Source: Paraspadella gotoi
Taxonomy: Eukaryota; Animalia; Chaetognatha
Reading direction: 5' to 3'
Assembly: GCA_051294375.1 (NCBI GenBank)
Contig: CM119266.1
Span: 6,899,431 to 6,963,430, forward strand
DNA: 64,000 nucleotides
The notes below the pieces were generated by a model that did not search any database, was not told the DNA's origin, and was given only the letters and a program-made list of their open reading frames with translations. Position numbers and translations under genes: made by a program. Every line of letters starts with the position of its first letter. The stretch's first letter is position 1. Shown in pieces: positions 1 through 13,500 of this stretch.

Positions 1-41
1 CCTTCAACGCGCAAACCGGAATTTCTATTCCCCGCCTCTAG

Positions 42-3000
42 ACGGAACAGACCTGCATCCCTGAGGAGGACGAAAAAGAAATGGTTGTGGCTACGATTTG
101 CGCCAAAGACAAAGACAAAGACCCACACGCTGGACCTTTCAAGATCCAGTTCCCGGAAGACGATCCCAATCCTTACTTCACGCTCGCTTGGGACGAAGGT
201 GAGATCTTCAGAGTTCACTAAGTATGGCGTCTCAGCTGTGAATAACATATTTTTAATTTAAAACTTTTAAACTTAATAATTTACTTTTTATAAGTTTAAA
301 AGTCATATAGCATAGCGTTCCGCAAATTGGCGAATAGTGGTCTGCTGCCCGTGGTTAATTTTCTATTTTGTTTGTTTGAATCGGGCTTGATATTGAAATT
401 TGGGTAGAGTACAATTTATATTAATCTGTTCTACCCGCGTTTGAATTTTGCTTTTCGGTTTTAGATGGCGGTAAGTCTATCCTCGGTTGGTTTTATTTTT
501 CTGGTTTTTGCTTTCAAAAACATTTTTAAACTTTTCAGACGTAAAATGAGCCTTAAATGACTTAGTTAGGTTTTTTGTGATGGTTTTCTCCCCCATTTCT
601 TATCCTTGTCTTAACATTGACTGTATTTTTTCTTCCTTCATAAACTTGTCGTAGTCACTCTTGATGTAAATTTTTCCAAATATTTTTTTGTCCCTTTGAA
701 TTTGCTAGTTTTTTTTTTTTATTACTTTTGAATATTTTTTTGTGTTTATCTTTTTAAATTTGTAAAATTTTGATATTGATATCTGCTAAGATATTGCATT
801 CAATAACTTCAGTTACCATTCAATAACAGAATTCAATTTAACAGAATCTTGCTTGCTATGCAACTAAGCTCTCGTTTACTTCATTTTTTTTAAAGCCGAC
901 TAAAACAGCCTCATCAGAAAATAATCCGTTTACAGAATGTTCAACTTGCCTTATTTTTTTGTTTTGTAACAGTTAACTCGGCGTTGCTTCCTTGTCTTGT
1001 TCTAATTCTCGTTATCTTCATTTGAGGTCACGTGAGCTCATTTGAAAGAATGGCGGTGCTGAATGCTATCACTATAAAATATTTCATCGTTTGTTAATTT
1101 ATCTATCATTTTCTCTACCCACCCCCCGCCCCTTGGGACATTTCCCTCTTCCTCCCCTCCGTGACCCAGACGGCTGCGAAGACCGAACGGGCGCGGGCAT
1201 CGTCACCAAGAAAGCGGGCGTGAGCTTCGACTTCGAGCAGCAGCCCTTCATCGAGTTGCCCGTCGTTTTGTCGGACAGCGGGACGCCGGTTAAGTCGGCC
1301 ACCGCGACCGCTTCCATCTGCATCAAGGACGAAAACGACAATTGCATGTTCGACGGAAGCAAAGGTTAATGCTGCAAAATGAAAATTCCGTGATGCCGTG
1401 ATGCCGTGATGCTGTGATAAAAACGCTTAACATCTGGCGATAGTTTGCAAACTCTTAGTGCTTTATACTTTGCGCCTAACATGGAATGTTTAATCGTCAT
1501 TTGAATGGTTATTTTTTGTGATAAAATGAATTAATGTTTTCAAAAGCTGGATATATCGATTGGCTTTATATCATGATGATGGTGATTGTTGATATGTGTG
1601 AACTGTGAAGGGTATGAGTTTTTTGTGTGGCAGTCACTGTGTGAAGCAATGTAGTTTGTTAATCTCTTCGGGTTATTTAACCGAAATCGGAAACTTTTTT
1701 GTCTTTAAATTAGTAGCTAAATTGATTAAGCTTTCCGCTTGCTATACCCTATGCATCTTTAATACATAAATATATTTATAAAACCCCTTATTGGTGCGAG
1801 CATAATATGAACCTGTTCTGTTTAGTTAATCACCAAGCTTTCTTCCTTTGTACTCCACAATTGTGCAGGGGGTGACGACGGTAAGGAAAAATTCACCCAT
1901 TTTAAATTATCAAATAATTTTAAACTTGTTTAAATAAATTTAGAAATAAATGTTAGATTTCGAAAAGAACACTTTGCTTTTAGACACACTTTATATATAT
2001 GGAAGATAATCAAATCTCGTACTTTTTTTATAATAATTCTAATTTTTGAATGATAGAAGTAACTTTGTTTAAAAAAAAATAATAACAATAGTTGGGGAGT
2101 TGTATTCATCAAGTTTTTTTAGTGAATTTTTTATATTCTATTTCAAATTATATAATTCATATTTCATATTTCATTTTGTTATCTCAAAAGGCGAGATTTA
2201 CCTATCCTGGTTAAACTTTAGAAATTACAAGGTCGCAGGTTTTAAACAAAATAAAATATAATATTATTCAATGTAACGGAACTCTTCAAATTGTAATCTC
2301 GGCTTCTTTCATCTTTCTCAAATTTTAAATCTGGAAAGATTTTTCTTTTTTGCGGGAAAAATTATCGGGTCAATCTTTTTCCCCATGTCTCAACAACATA
2401 TTTTCCCCCCCTTTTATTTGACCACTTTATCCACCTCTCCAAAACGCCACCATCTCTATCCCACTCCTTCCCCGACACCACCACCCCCAACTGGGACGAC
2501 CGACTCCAACAATCCTCCAGGCATCACCGTCTACAACTACTGCGACAACCGACCCGACACCGTCATTGGCGACTTCTTCGTCGACGACAAAGACAGCGCC
2601 GATCGTCACATGAAGAATTTCGTACTCAACGATCTCGTCTTAGCCAGTCCTAAGGTCGAGGGAATCGCAGATTATTTCGAGTAAGTGCTTCAAGTCAATA
2701 ATTACTGTTAATGTAATATAGGCAATTTATATGTGTATACAACTTTTATTCTTATTGATGTTCATTTAATGTAACGGATGATTTCGTAACGTGACTTTAG
2801 ATAAAATAAAATCCCCTAATCTCATTTACATATTGTAGTACTAAACTAATCCTTATATATTGATATATTGATATTAGTTTCGGTTTTCTTAAATTTAATT
2901 GATTTACTTTCCTTTGAACTAATCTTTCTCTCCAAGAAATATTTTATTTTTACATCATGTTACAATTGTTATATGCTCTTCCATCTCCTTTCCCCTCTAA

Positions 3001-3261
3001 TCCAAACCAGAATGGACGAATTCGGCGTCGTCACCATGAAATCGGGTCTGCCCGACGGCGAGTACCGACTGTCGGCCACGGTGACCGACAAGATTCCCAA
3101 CCCCAAGTGCAAAGTCTCCAAGGCGACGGCTTGGCTTAAAGTCAAAGTAAGTGTTGTTGTACATACAATATTTTTAAATTAACTGCTCAATACTGTTATT
3201 CTTTAATTGTGATTATCTACTACATTATCTTCCAAGACTTCGACTTAATTATCTCTCTCCT

Positions 3262-3308
<47 letters not shown>

Positions 3309-4744
3309 ACCTTCAACCACGATCGCTACGTCTTAAAAACACTCCCATATTTTTCCAATATCCATTCCTCTCCCATTGCCTCCCGCCAATCCAGTTACGG
3401 TCCATCTGCAGTGGCGAGATTCGCTACACCGTCTGCGTTTGTCTCGACAAATGCAACGAAGAGGAAATGCTGGACATCAGATACGCGCCTGGCGGAAGCA
3501 GCAAGATCAATCGGTTCAAGAATGTCATCTCTGACACGATGGGTAAGTTGAGGTTCATGTTCCGAGGTGAATTATGACAATCCTAATATTTCATTATCAT
3601 AATTATAATTTTACCTCAGTATTAAACTATTGGTAGTGGGATGGGATTGCCAATATTTCTATTCAAACGTACAAAACATTTTTTCAAGGCAATCCCGAGT
3701 GACAATAATACAAAGATTAAATCCCACTAAGAATTGTTTGATTCTGATTGATCGCCTGTGCATGTGATGTCTTTTCATTTTTCAACAACTAAGAGTTTTT
3801 GGATTTTTTTTTTATTCAGGTCTTCCTTCCGTCAGTGAGTGACTTTGGATGTATAAATATTTTTTTATTTAGTTTTTCTTGATTATTTTTTTAGATTAAA
3901 GAAGGCAGAGAAATTATTTTATACATTTTATTAATTATACATCAAGACGTATGGAGATTACAAGGGAAAATCAAAAAGGCGGTTTGGTAGAAGTACAGAT
4001 TAATGATTATCAGACATAGTGATTGGGTGAATGTAAAATGTTTAAAAAAGTAATATTGTTAAAACAGAAATGTTCCAAAAAAATCAAAAAGGAATTGCTA
4101 AGAAATCCTTCGGCGAGTTGTAAACGGAGATAGCAAATAGGCTTAAATATCTCAATTTTTCATTACATTAATTTTAATTAGACTTTTAAATACTTTTAAA
4201 TTGTTAGTTAGGCTCAAAGTACATTCTTTTTTCAAAATAACGTTTCTAGTTTTTAGTATAATTCAATAATTATAAATTTTTAAAATTTATTCCCTTAAGG
4301 AATATCATTCTAGTCATTTAGGTTAAAACATAAGACATAATTCTTTCTCCCATCCCTCAACCCTTTTTCACCCACCCTGACCCCCCCCCTCAAAAAAACC
4401 CCCTCATCGCCCCTGAATCCCCACTCCTCATCCCCCCAACACACAAACCCCCCTCCCTCCGCACACAGGCGCACCAGAGAGTCTCATCGAGATTCTCAAC
4501 TTGAAAAATACAGGAAAAGATGGAAAGAAAAGAGTCCAAGTTTGTTTCTTCATCCACAAGGGGGCGAATCCGCTCGACGGGTTCTATCGGCCTGAGGATA
4601 TCAAAGCCGTCCTTAACAAACACTTCGATCAGGTCCCGATTCTGTCTCGGTCTCTGTCATTTTTCTTCTCATTATATTATTTTTATTTTTTATTCTCTCT
4701 TTAAGTAACTCAAGGATTTCTCTTTCAAAGCCGCTTCTCTCTCT

Positions 4745-4802
<58 letters not shown>

Positions 4803-6977
4803 ACTCACTCACTCACTTCACTCACTCACTCTCTCTCCTTCTATCTCATGCACTCCCTCTCTATCCCTCCAGATCGAAAAAGAAGTAAAGTGCGACGTGT
4901 GCGGCATTCCCACAAACCCTTGCCTCGATGATGTCTGCAACGAAGTCGGTTGCTTGACCAACATGGTGTCCAGCGAAAAACCCTATGTGGTCAACACGAA
5001 CATGACGGCGCTGAGCGGCATCACGAGTAAGACTATGGTGTTTACTAAACAGTATACTACATAAATATAAAAGAGCTCATCTTGAAATTAATGTTAATGC
5101 CAAAATTGTTTTCTATTTCTTTGACTTGCTCTCTTATTGTGCTTCTTATCTCTACCCCATAACTTCCTCCTCTTTCATCCTCTTTCCTTCTTCCTCCTTT
5201 CTTTTCCTCTTCCCTCTTCCCCTTCCCACTTAATAATCCTCTACTATTCTTCTCTTTTCCTCTCCTTTTTCCTCTTCCTCCCACTTCCTCTTCCCACTTA
5301 ATAATCCTCTATCATTCCTCTTTTTTCCTCTTCTTTTCTATCTTCCTAATCCTCTTCCTCTTCCCTCTTCCACACCCGCAGTGGACGTCTCCCACGAGTG
5401 CAAATGCAAAACTGCGCCAAAATCTACTTCTTGCAAAGAAAATCCTTGTCTCAATGGAGGAACTTGTACGGATGGAAAACTCGGATCAAATCGGTGAGAA
5501 CAAGAGTTGGGTATTGTTGTTGTTGATTCTTGTTATGTTTGTTTCGCTTGGATAACATCTTTGTTATTGTTTTTGCATTGACCTTTAATTCTTTTTTTTT
5601 TATGAGCGTTTCATTTAAGTAAGTAAAAAATCCTTCCAGAATCTTCTTCCTCTTCCGGAATCCTTTTCCTTTATTCTCTTCTCTGTTTCCGGTTGTTTTT
5701 TTTTCATCTGTGATGATGCTATCTAAACTGACCTTTTCTTTATAACTTACCCTACCCTTTTGCTACCTCCCAACGCAGATGCAAATGCCCACCCGGATTC
5801 AACGGCCCCCGTTGCCAAGCGACCCTGGTCTCCTTCAACGGTCGCGGCTACACCATGTTAGAGACGATCGGACAATGCGCGGAAACGAGGATCGAACTCG
5901 ATATCATGACGAAGCAATCCAACGGAGTCGTCTTCTACAACGGAGCCATGAAGGAGGAGGATATGGAGAAGGTGAGGTTTGGGGGGGGGAGAAGGGGGGG
6001 GAGGAGATGAGGAAGAGGAAAAGAGATGAAAGGAAAAGGGAGTGAAATGAGGAATGATAGAAGTGAGACTGAAGACAAGAGATATGAAATATGATTGAAG
6101 ATGTACAAGGGTAGAACAAAATAGCTGTAAAAGCGAAAGAACAAGTTAATGCATTTTCTGAAATTTCAAAAAAGAGAACTTTGCTATGGCGATATCAAAT
6201 TCCGAGTAAGACGTAATAGCAAGAAAAAAACAATTTTTACAACCAAAATGAAAAAAGAAAAACAAATAAAATACAAAAAAAACATTATAACCGTTGTAAT
6301 GGTCGAAAAGAACTTTATAACGACGACAACAACCGAAATAACAACCTAAACTATTTTGACGACGACAACCATTGTAATGACCGCAAGGACCATTAATTAT
6401 AACGACCACAACATCCATTATCGCGACCACAACAACTCTTATATTGACCACAACATCCACCCTTTTCGTCCACAGAATCCCTTTATCTTCATGGAATTGA
6501 AGGCGGGAGTTCCCCACATCGAAATCGCCTTCGGGAGGCAGGCGTTGCGAATGGACGGCACAACCAGAATCAATGATGGCAAATGGCATCACCTCGATCT
6601 GCATCTTAGTGGCAAAGTGAGATATGAGATGCATCTTACTGGCAGGATTTGGTGACGGGTGGCATTTTCAAAACGCCTCAAAGAGTATTGCCTATTTTTG
6701 ACAGAAATGAATCAATATCATTTGCCCCTCTCATCATTTTATCCCCTTTTCCCTCACTTACAGGACGTGACTCTGACAACGGATCATTGTCGAACGGCCA
6801 TGATCGATGAGGGGGTCGGCGGTGACGCAGAGACGAAATCCAATCGAACCACTTGCGAGAGCACAGGTTAGAGTCACTGTGAAGAGTGAGATGTGCAGAG
6901 AGTGAATAGTGTGAGAGATTTTAATATTACAATTTAAAAGGAAAAACATTAATTTGAGTCAAGTCAAGAAGAGAATG

Positions 6978-7027
<50 letters not shown>

Positions 7028-7474
7028 CAAAGAAAAGCAAAAATTGTTTTCAAGGCCTCGTCATATAAAATAGAGCCCGGCTATATTGGTTAGCTTCTTT
7101 ACTGATTAAATATTTTTATTTTCCCCTTTTTAAGAAAAATCGATTTTGTTCATTTGTTAAATATGTTATTAAAATTTTACCTTTTAAATCCCAGGAACGA
7201 TCCCCGGAGACAAACTTTTCCTTAAACTCAATACTCCGCTAATGTTGGGCGGCGTTATGTCGGCCAAGGACGGACTTCCTTTCAAGCGATTCTCAAGTAA
7301 GTTTTTAGCATAAAGGTTACGAACTGTTGTCTAATCTTCTTTTATTATATAATTTCCAATAAATCTTCTCTCTTTAGGAATCAACGCTTGTATGAAAAAA
7401 CTCAAAGTCAACGGGGAAATTTACGACCTCGCGTTGCAAAAGCCTTCGTTCGCCAATGCTGAGAACGGATGTTC

Positions 7475-7525
<51 letters not shown>

Positions 7526-10500
7526 CTTCCCCCTCTTGCTATCCGTCTCACTCTCTCATCTCCTTCTCCATCTTACTTTCCGACTTCAGGTTAACTGCGA
7601 CTTTCCTCCGATCTGCAAAGGAGTTTGTCAGGCTGACCTCACCACAGGAAGGAAAGGATCGGGATGGGTCTGCGAGGACGGTGAGTTTTGATGAAGATGA
7701 TGATGATGATGATGATGATCAATATGATATTAGTGACAATAATGTTGAAGTAAAATTGATTATCAATTAAGGAAAAATTATAACGTTAAACTTCTAGAGT
7801 TACTACATTACATTCTCTTAACATTAAATGAAACTACAGCAATATGCAAATGAGATTAAAGGACTCCATCATGGTAATTCTAATGATGATATAGTTGATG
7901 ATTAGTGACGATTTTAATGATGATAATAATGATGTCCATGATTTTAATGACTACAATGTTTTTGATAATCGAGAAACCAAAATCATTCGAGCAAAAAAAA
8001 ATTGTAATTATTTGAAAATGACATTTTTTTCGTCAGTTGGATCCAAATCTGGAGAAAATCAAGGAGGTAACGTATCTGTATACTGTAAGAGACAAGACGT
8101 ACAGGAAAGCCACCCGATATTCGCGCACTTACCTTTCGTCTCTGGTGTCAGAACTGTAACAATCGTCTGTAACAATCTTAACTAACTGGTGACAGCGATT
8201 TAAAACAAATAAAAATACACCAGAAAATGACAAAAATCAGCACCATATTAGAAAAAAAAATCGATTTTATGTTTAGTACAATTTTTCTTAAAACAAAAGA
8301 TAACGATTTCCGGAAATCAAATTTAGGCTGCCAAATAATTAAAAAATGAAGTTAATAATATTTTATGATTGATTTTTTCATTTCATTCATTTTTTATTGC
8401 ATAAATTTATTCACAACCCTCAGAAAATCGGAATCGGCCCAGAAATTACGGTCGAATGAGAGGTAAAAACGATTTTTTAAAAATATTTTTTTTGATAAGT
8501 TTTATTATCTTTTTCAATCATTTTTATTCATTTTTTTACGCAACTAATAAAGATACTCCCAATAAAGATCGTTTAAGACCCGATGGACGTAGCAAAGGTA
8601 CCTTTATAGCCTATAGTTTACAATCATTTACATATGACATGAAAATGATTTAAAATTATTTGAAATTATTAATTTTCTCTGTCCATTTTTTTGTCCTTCT
8701 CCTAAAGGGAAACCTAACAAATCTGACAAAGATAAACATAGTCACGGCGCCAGTAGCCCAGGTAGTCAATTAGACTTACTCAGTAATTATCAAACAGAAG
8801 AATGAATAGTATCAAAATATTGTAGCTTAGTTAATATCTTTTGAACTTTTTTCTTTTTAAAGAAACACCCCAAAAAGACAGATGGAAAAACGATGACGGT
8901 AGCCAAGGTACTTTTCAAAAAACTTTCAAAAGAATTTTTACTTGTTATTAAATTATTTTCAAAATCTTCATACAAATTTTTTCAAACCTTTTTTTTCTTT
9001 TTAAAGAAACACCCAAAAAAGAAAGTTGGAAAAACAATGACGGTAAGCCAAGGTACTCTTCAAAAACTCCTTAAAAAATGTCACTTGCCATAAATTTAAA
9101 CATAAGAATATTTTAATTATTTTAAATATAAATTTGTGACGAGTGAATATCTTTCTAACACTTTATTTTCTTTTAAAGAAACACCGCCAAAGACAGGATG
9201 GAACAAAGATGACGGTAGCCAAGGTACTCGTTAAAAACTTTATAGAAAATCCATACCTTGCACTATATATTTATTATTTTTTAAATTTATTCCAAGTTTT
9301 GCCAAATAAATCTTTTTAATTTTTTTTTTAATTTTCAAAGATAAGTCCAAAAAGGAAGATGGAAAAATGAAGGCGGTAGCCAAGGTACACTTCAAAAGGC
9401 TTCATAGAAAATATATAATTCGCAATTAATTTAAACATAAAAATATTTTTTATTCTTTTTTTGTCTTTGAATTTCCCTCTTGAAGGAAGACCTGATAATA
9501 CGAAATCTAGTAATAATGAGAGTAGCCAAGGTAGTTTTTTTTAACTTAAACTTCAGTAGATTAGTTGTTATATTTTTATATGACACAATGAAAATAACGT
9601 GGCCGAAACGGTTCGTGCTGATTTTGTCCTTTAAAATTGTTCTGAGCCAATTAATTGATCATTACTTTGGTAATATGTGCGATATACACTACTGGAATTA
9701 CTGTATCTGACCATACCCTTGACCATCAACAAAAAAGCTAACTAGATCAAATAGTAAAAAAGATGAAGCAATAGCTCGAAACGCTTAAAATTTAGACCAT
9801 TGCTTTTATAAATGCAAAAAAATATTAATATTATTAAAACAAAACTTAACGATAACCTAATAGTTAACCGAGACCAAGATGAATATTTTTTACCCATCAT
9901 TCCTCAATTTATATGAATCATTTGTTTGTAATTAGTCAATTAATCTAATAACAATATGACAAATTCATTTTCAATTTTCTTTTATGAATGGAAGTTTTCT
10001 CTGCTTACTCCCTTGTGTCTATTATTTAATATTTTAAAGTATTTTCAAAAACCTTATATAATACATATTTTTCACTTTTTTCAATTCTTTCAACAAAACA
10101 ACATCATAAAAACATTTAAATTAATTAAAAAATGATTGAATGATTTTGGAAAAAAATATTTTGAAACTTGAGAATATGGATTATGAGTCAGGAAAAAATT
10201 TGCAATTTCTACAAAAATCAGCCTCTACCTTTGATTTTTCTAGAGCTGATTTTTTTATTTTTTTGATATTTTGATTTCTATGCAAAACCATTATTCTCAA
10301 TGAGCATAGGTCGGGACGAATTTTTTCCCAACAATTTGAAAAAATTTCAACTTTTCTAATTAGGCTTTTTGGGGAAATAAATAAATAAATTATTATACGA
10401 TGGTACATCGAAAGTGATATATCTCTAAATGACAAAAAATTTTCTTCAAGTTTTATTTGAAATTTAAGTATTGTACCAATAGAAATAAGTGAGATACTCC

Positions 10501-13500
10501 CGCTTGCCCAAATTTTTATTTAACAAGATTTGTACTGCTAATTTAAAAAAAGTATTTTTTAAATTAACTTTTGAAAGAAAAGAGGTAGCAAGGTGGATGT
10601 GGTATCAATTAAAGCCCTAATCATGGACACCTTTCTAAAAGAGTTTTATAAATTAAATCATAAATCTTTACACAGCTTTTGTTAAATCAGAGTTAAAAGT
10701 ATAACAGTTTTTTGCTTTAAAATTTCAATGAAGGCATATGAAATTTTTTCTTTTCTTGTATAATTTGAAAAAGGAAAAACTGAATTACATTTTGTTTATT
10801 ATTAAATTTTTTTATTCCATAAATTGCTTATATTTTTCAGTTAAAGTAAAAAACAAGCAAAAATTTATGTTATAGCTTGATAAAATGTATTTTTAAATAT
10901 TAAAAATAATAATACAAAAATGTTTTCAGCTTGATAAACAGCTGGACATCTACTTCTTGTCTGTGAAAAAAAATCGTCATTTTTCATATCTTAACTGCAA
11001 ACTAAAAGCTTGACACACTGCTTGTTTATCATAATAAGTTGTAAAAATTATATAGCTGGTAACATATTTGACAAAGCAAAACATTATGAGTTAAATTGTA
11101 TTGATAATTTTTTTTTAATATAGCAAGGAATTTAATTCTATTATTTATCATCCATTTTAATTAAGAAAAATATTTCTCGTAATAGCCCATTGGAAAGGGT
11201 TCATTGACTGACTTAATGATGAAATTTTTAGATTTCTTACTGCCCCCATTTCACAAATATAAAAGGTCATGGTTATCAGGTCAATAAGTCAATTATCTGT
11301 ACCCTTTCTGCAACCTGCATTCCAAATTTTTTTTTCCCTTTCAATGTATTAAATAAAAAAAATTATTTGAGAGAACAATCGCGTGGAGAATGCCATTGTA
11401 GCCTTAGTTACCCCTTCCCGATCGAATTTTTAAATGAGGTTTTTTTCGCTCTATTTGAGACATAACACTACTATTGGACTATTATTTTTTTTTTCTATTA
11501 CAATCTATGAATAAATATGAATAAGTAACTTTTTAAAAAAATTATCATCTTTCACCCTATATTCAGTCATATCTAAAAAACAAAAAAGATTTTGCATTGA
11601 TATTTTGGATATCACATATGAACTATAACGTTTAAAAAATAAAAAAAATATAATAATATTGAACAGTGATTTTTTTAGAGGAACTAGTAACTTCAGTGCC
11701 ATATTGTATTTGTCATATAGAAAAGCAAAAAAGACATTTTCTATCTCTTTCACGTTTGCTTTCCTACCACTAATAAAGAAAAACCACCTAAAGAAAAAAC
11801 TCCGAAAGACAGATGGAAGAACAGTGACAACGTAATTTCAGAAGCATTTTGAGCATTAAAATATATACTATAACCTATGACAAAATACCTGATAAAAAGA
11901 AATCAAGTAGTGACTTTAGTAGGCAAGGTAGTGTTTTTTGACATTGTGTTGGTAGTTCTTAAACCTCTTGGAAAAAATTAAAGATAGAATTTTAGTTGAT
12001 TTTTAATTTGTATTTTTGGTCGCTTAATTGAATTTTTTTTTTTTTACTGTCTTAGGTTCATCGTCTTTGTCTAATCCGAAAGGTACCTAATACCTATAAA
12101 AGTTGATAAATTTTAAATTTTTTTAGCATAAATTTCATAGATTCATCGCTAAGTCCTTATGAAGGTAAGGCAATGATATACACATGTGTGTAAAAGAAAT
12201 TTTAAACTTTGAACCCCTACTATCTCGCTTGTCTGTCGTCCTATGAAGTAAACTTGGATTTATTTCAAAGCCAAGTCAAAAATCTTTCATTTGATCCCAT
12301 GACGAGGTTTCTATGCCTAATATTATAAAAGCTATGCTAAAAATCAAGCAGTTTTTACGAGCTCATCCTTATCCTCGTCCTCTTTTCATAGAGGATAGAG
12401 CTACTCAGCCTAAAGCTACCCAAAAATATTATGAGGAAAATGGATCAAGGTGCTCGCCAGACTGCAACATCATTAAAAATGTCTGGTCAATGAGGGTCAT
12501 GAGGGAGATTTCGCAGTACAATAACACAAAATCTATGAAATAAACAGATCGTAAAGCGCGTTTGGCAGGAGCTGAACCCTTCCTATTTGCGCAGTCTCTA
12601 TGACTCTCTCTCTCCTTATCGTTAGAAGCAAATGGTAGTCTGACAAAGTATTATGTTACTGAATCCTAAAAAGTATTGGTTTCCTTCAAAAAGTTAAATA
12701 AAAGGCTTTTTTTGCACACATGTGCACTTAAGCTTATCTATTTATTTTAAATTCTTAAACTTTCTTATTCTATTTAGCGAAAATTTGAATTATCTACCAA
12801 AAATTCATATCATGTTAAAATATTTTAAATTTTTTTAGATTGCTCCTCATCTCTGCAAGGTAAAACCTTTTTTTACTTTAAAATATAGAATCAAGATTTA
12901 GATAACTCTTTGACATTCTCTCCTTTTAATCAAGGATTATCAAAGTTAGATGGCGAAGATTACTTTTATATTATCAATCAAGGTAACTGTATTAATTCCA
13001 TTTTTAGTTTAGTTTTTATTTTATTAAAGTTTTTATTTATATAATTTAGCTTTTAAACTCTAGTCGCCTCAATTTAATTTCCGGAAATTTTTATTCATGA
13101 CGCCTGTGTCGTACCTCGTATAATATTTTTACAAATAATGAGGTGTTCGCAATCAGACTTAGCGTGGAGTCAGTCCCTTAAAGAAAAATGGAAACAAAAC
13201 TGATTTCTAAACAAAACAAAATAAAAAACCTTAACTTTTGTTGCTATTTTGTTTCTCGTGTCTTCAGAGGAGTGCGACTGCAACCGCAAGGGGAGAAGGT
13301 GAAGGATTGAAGGACGGAAAAGGATGCGGGAAAAACTTTAGAAAAGGTTCCTTTGTCAAATATCAACTCAAAGGGAAATTGTGCGAATCGTTGAAAAAAG
13401 GAGAGAATCAAATCGAACTCAGTTTCAGGTAAAGAAAAGGAAAGCAAACTAAGGAGATACTTTGGCACTTTCTTCCTAAAGCGCCCCATTTTTGATCGTA

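Noticed and set aside
8300-8326. Additional 27-nt microexon (DNDFRKSNL)
   Set aside because: It is in frame but has only a weak GC donor (gctgcc). Not counted, though worth checking in RNA-seq.
8850-9540. Regularly spaced repeats resembling a CRISPR array
   Set aside because: The context is eukaryotic, there are no cas genes, the repeats are imperfect and the spacers are related to each other. The units are bounded by splice sites and are better explained as duplicated microexons.
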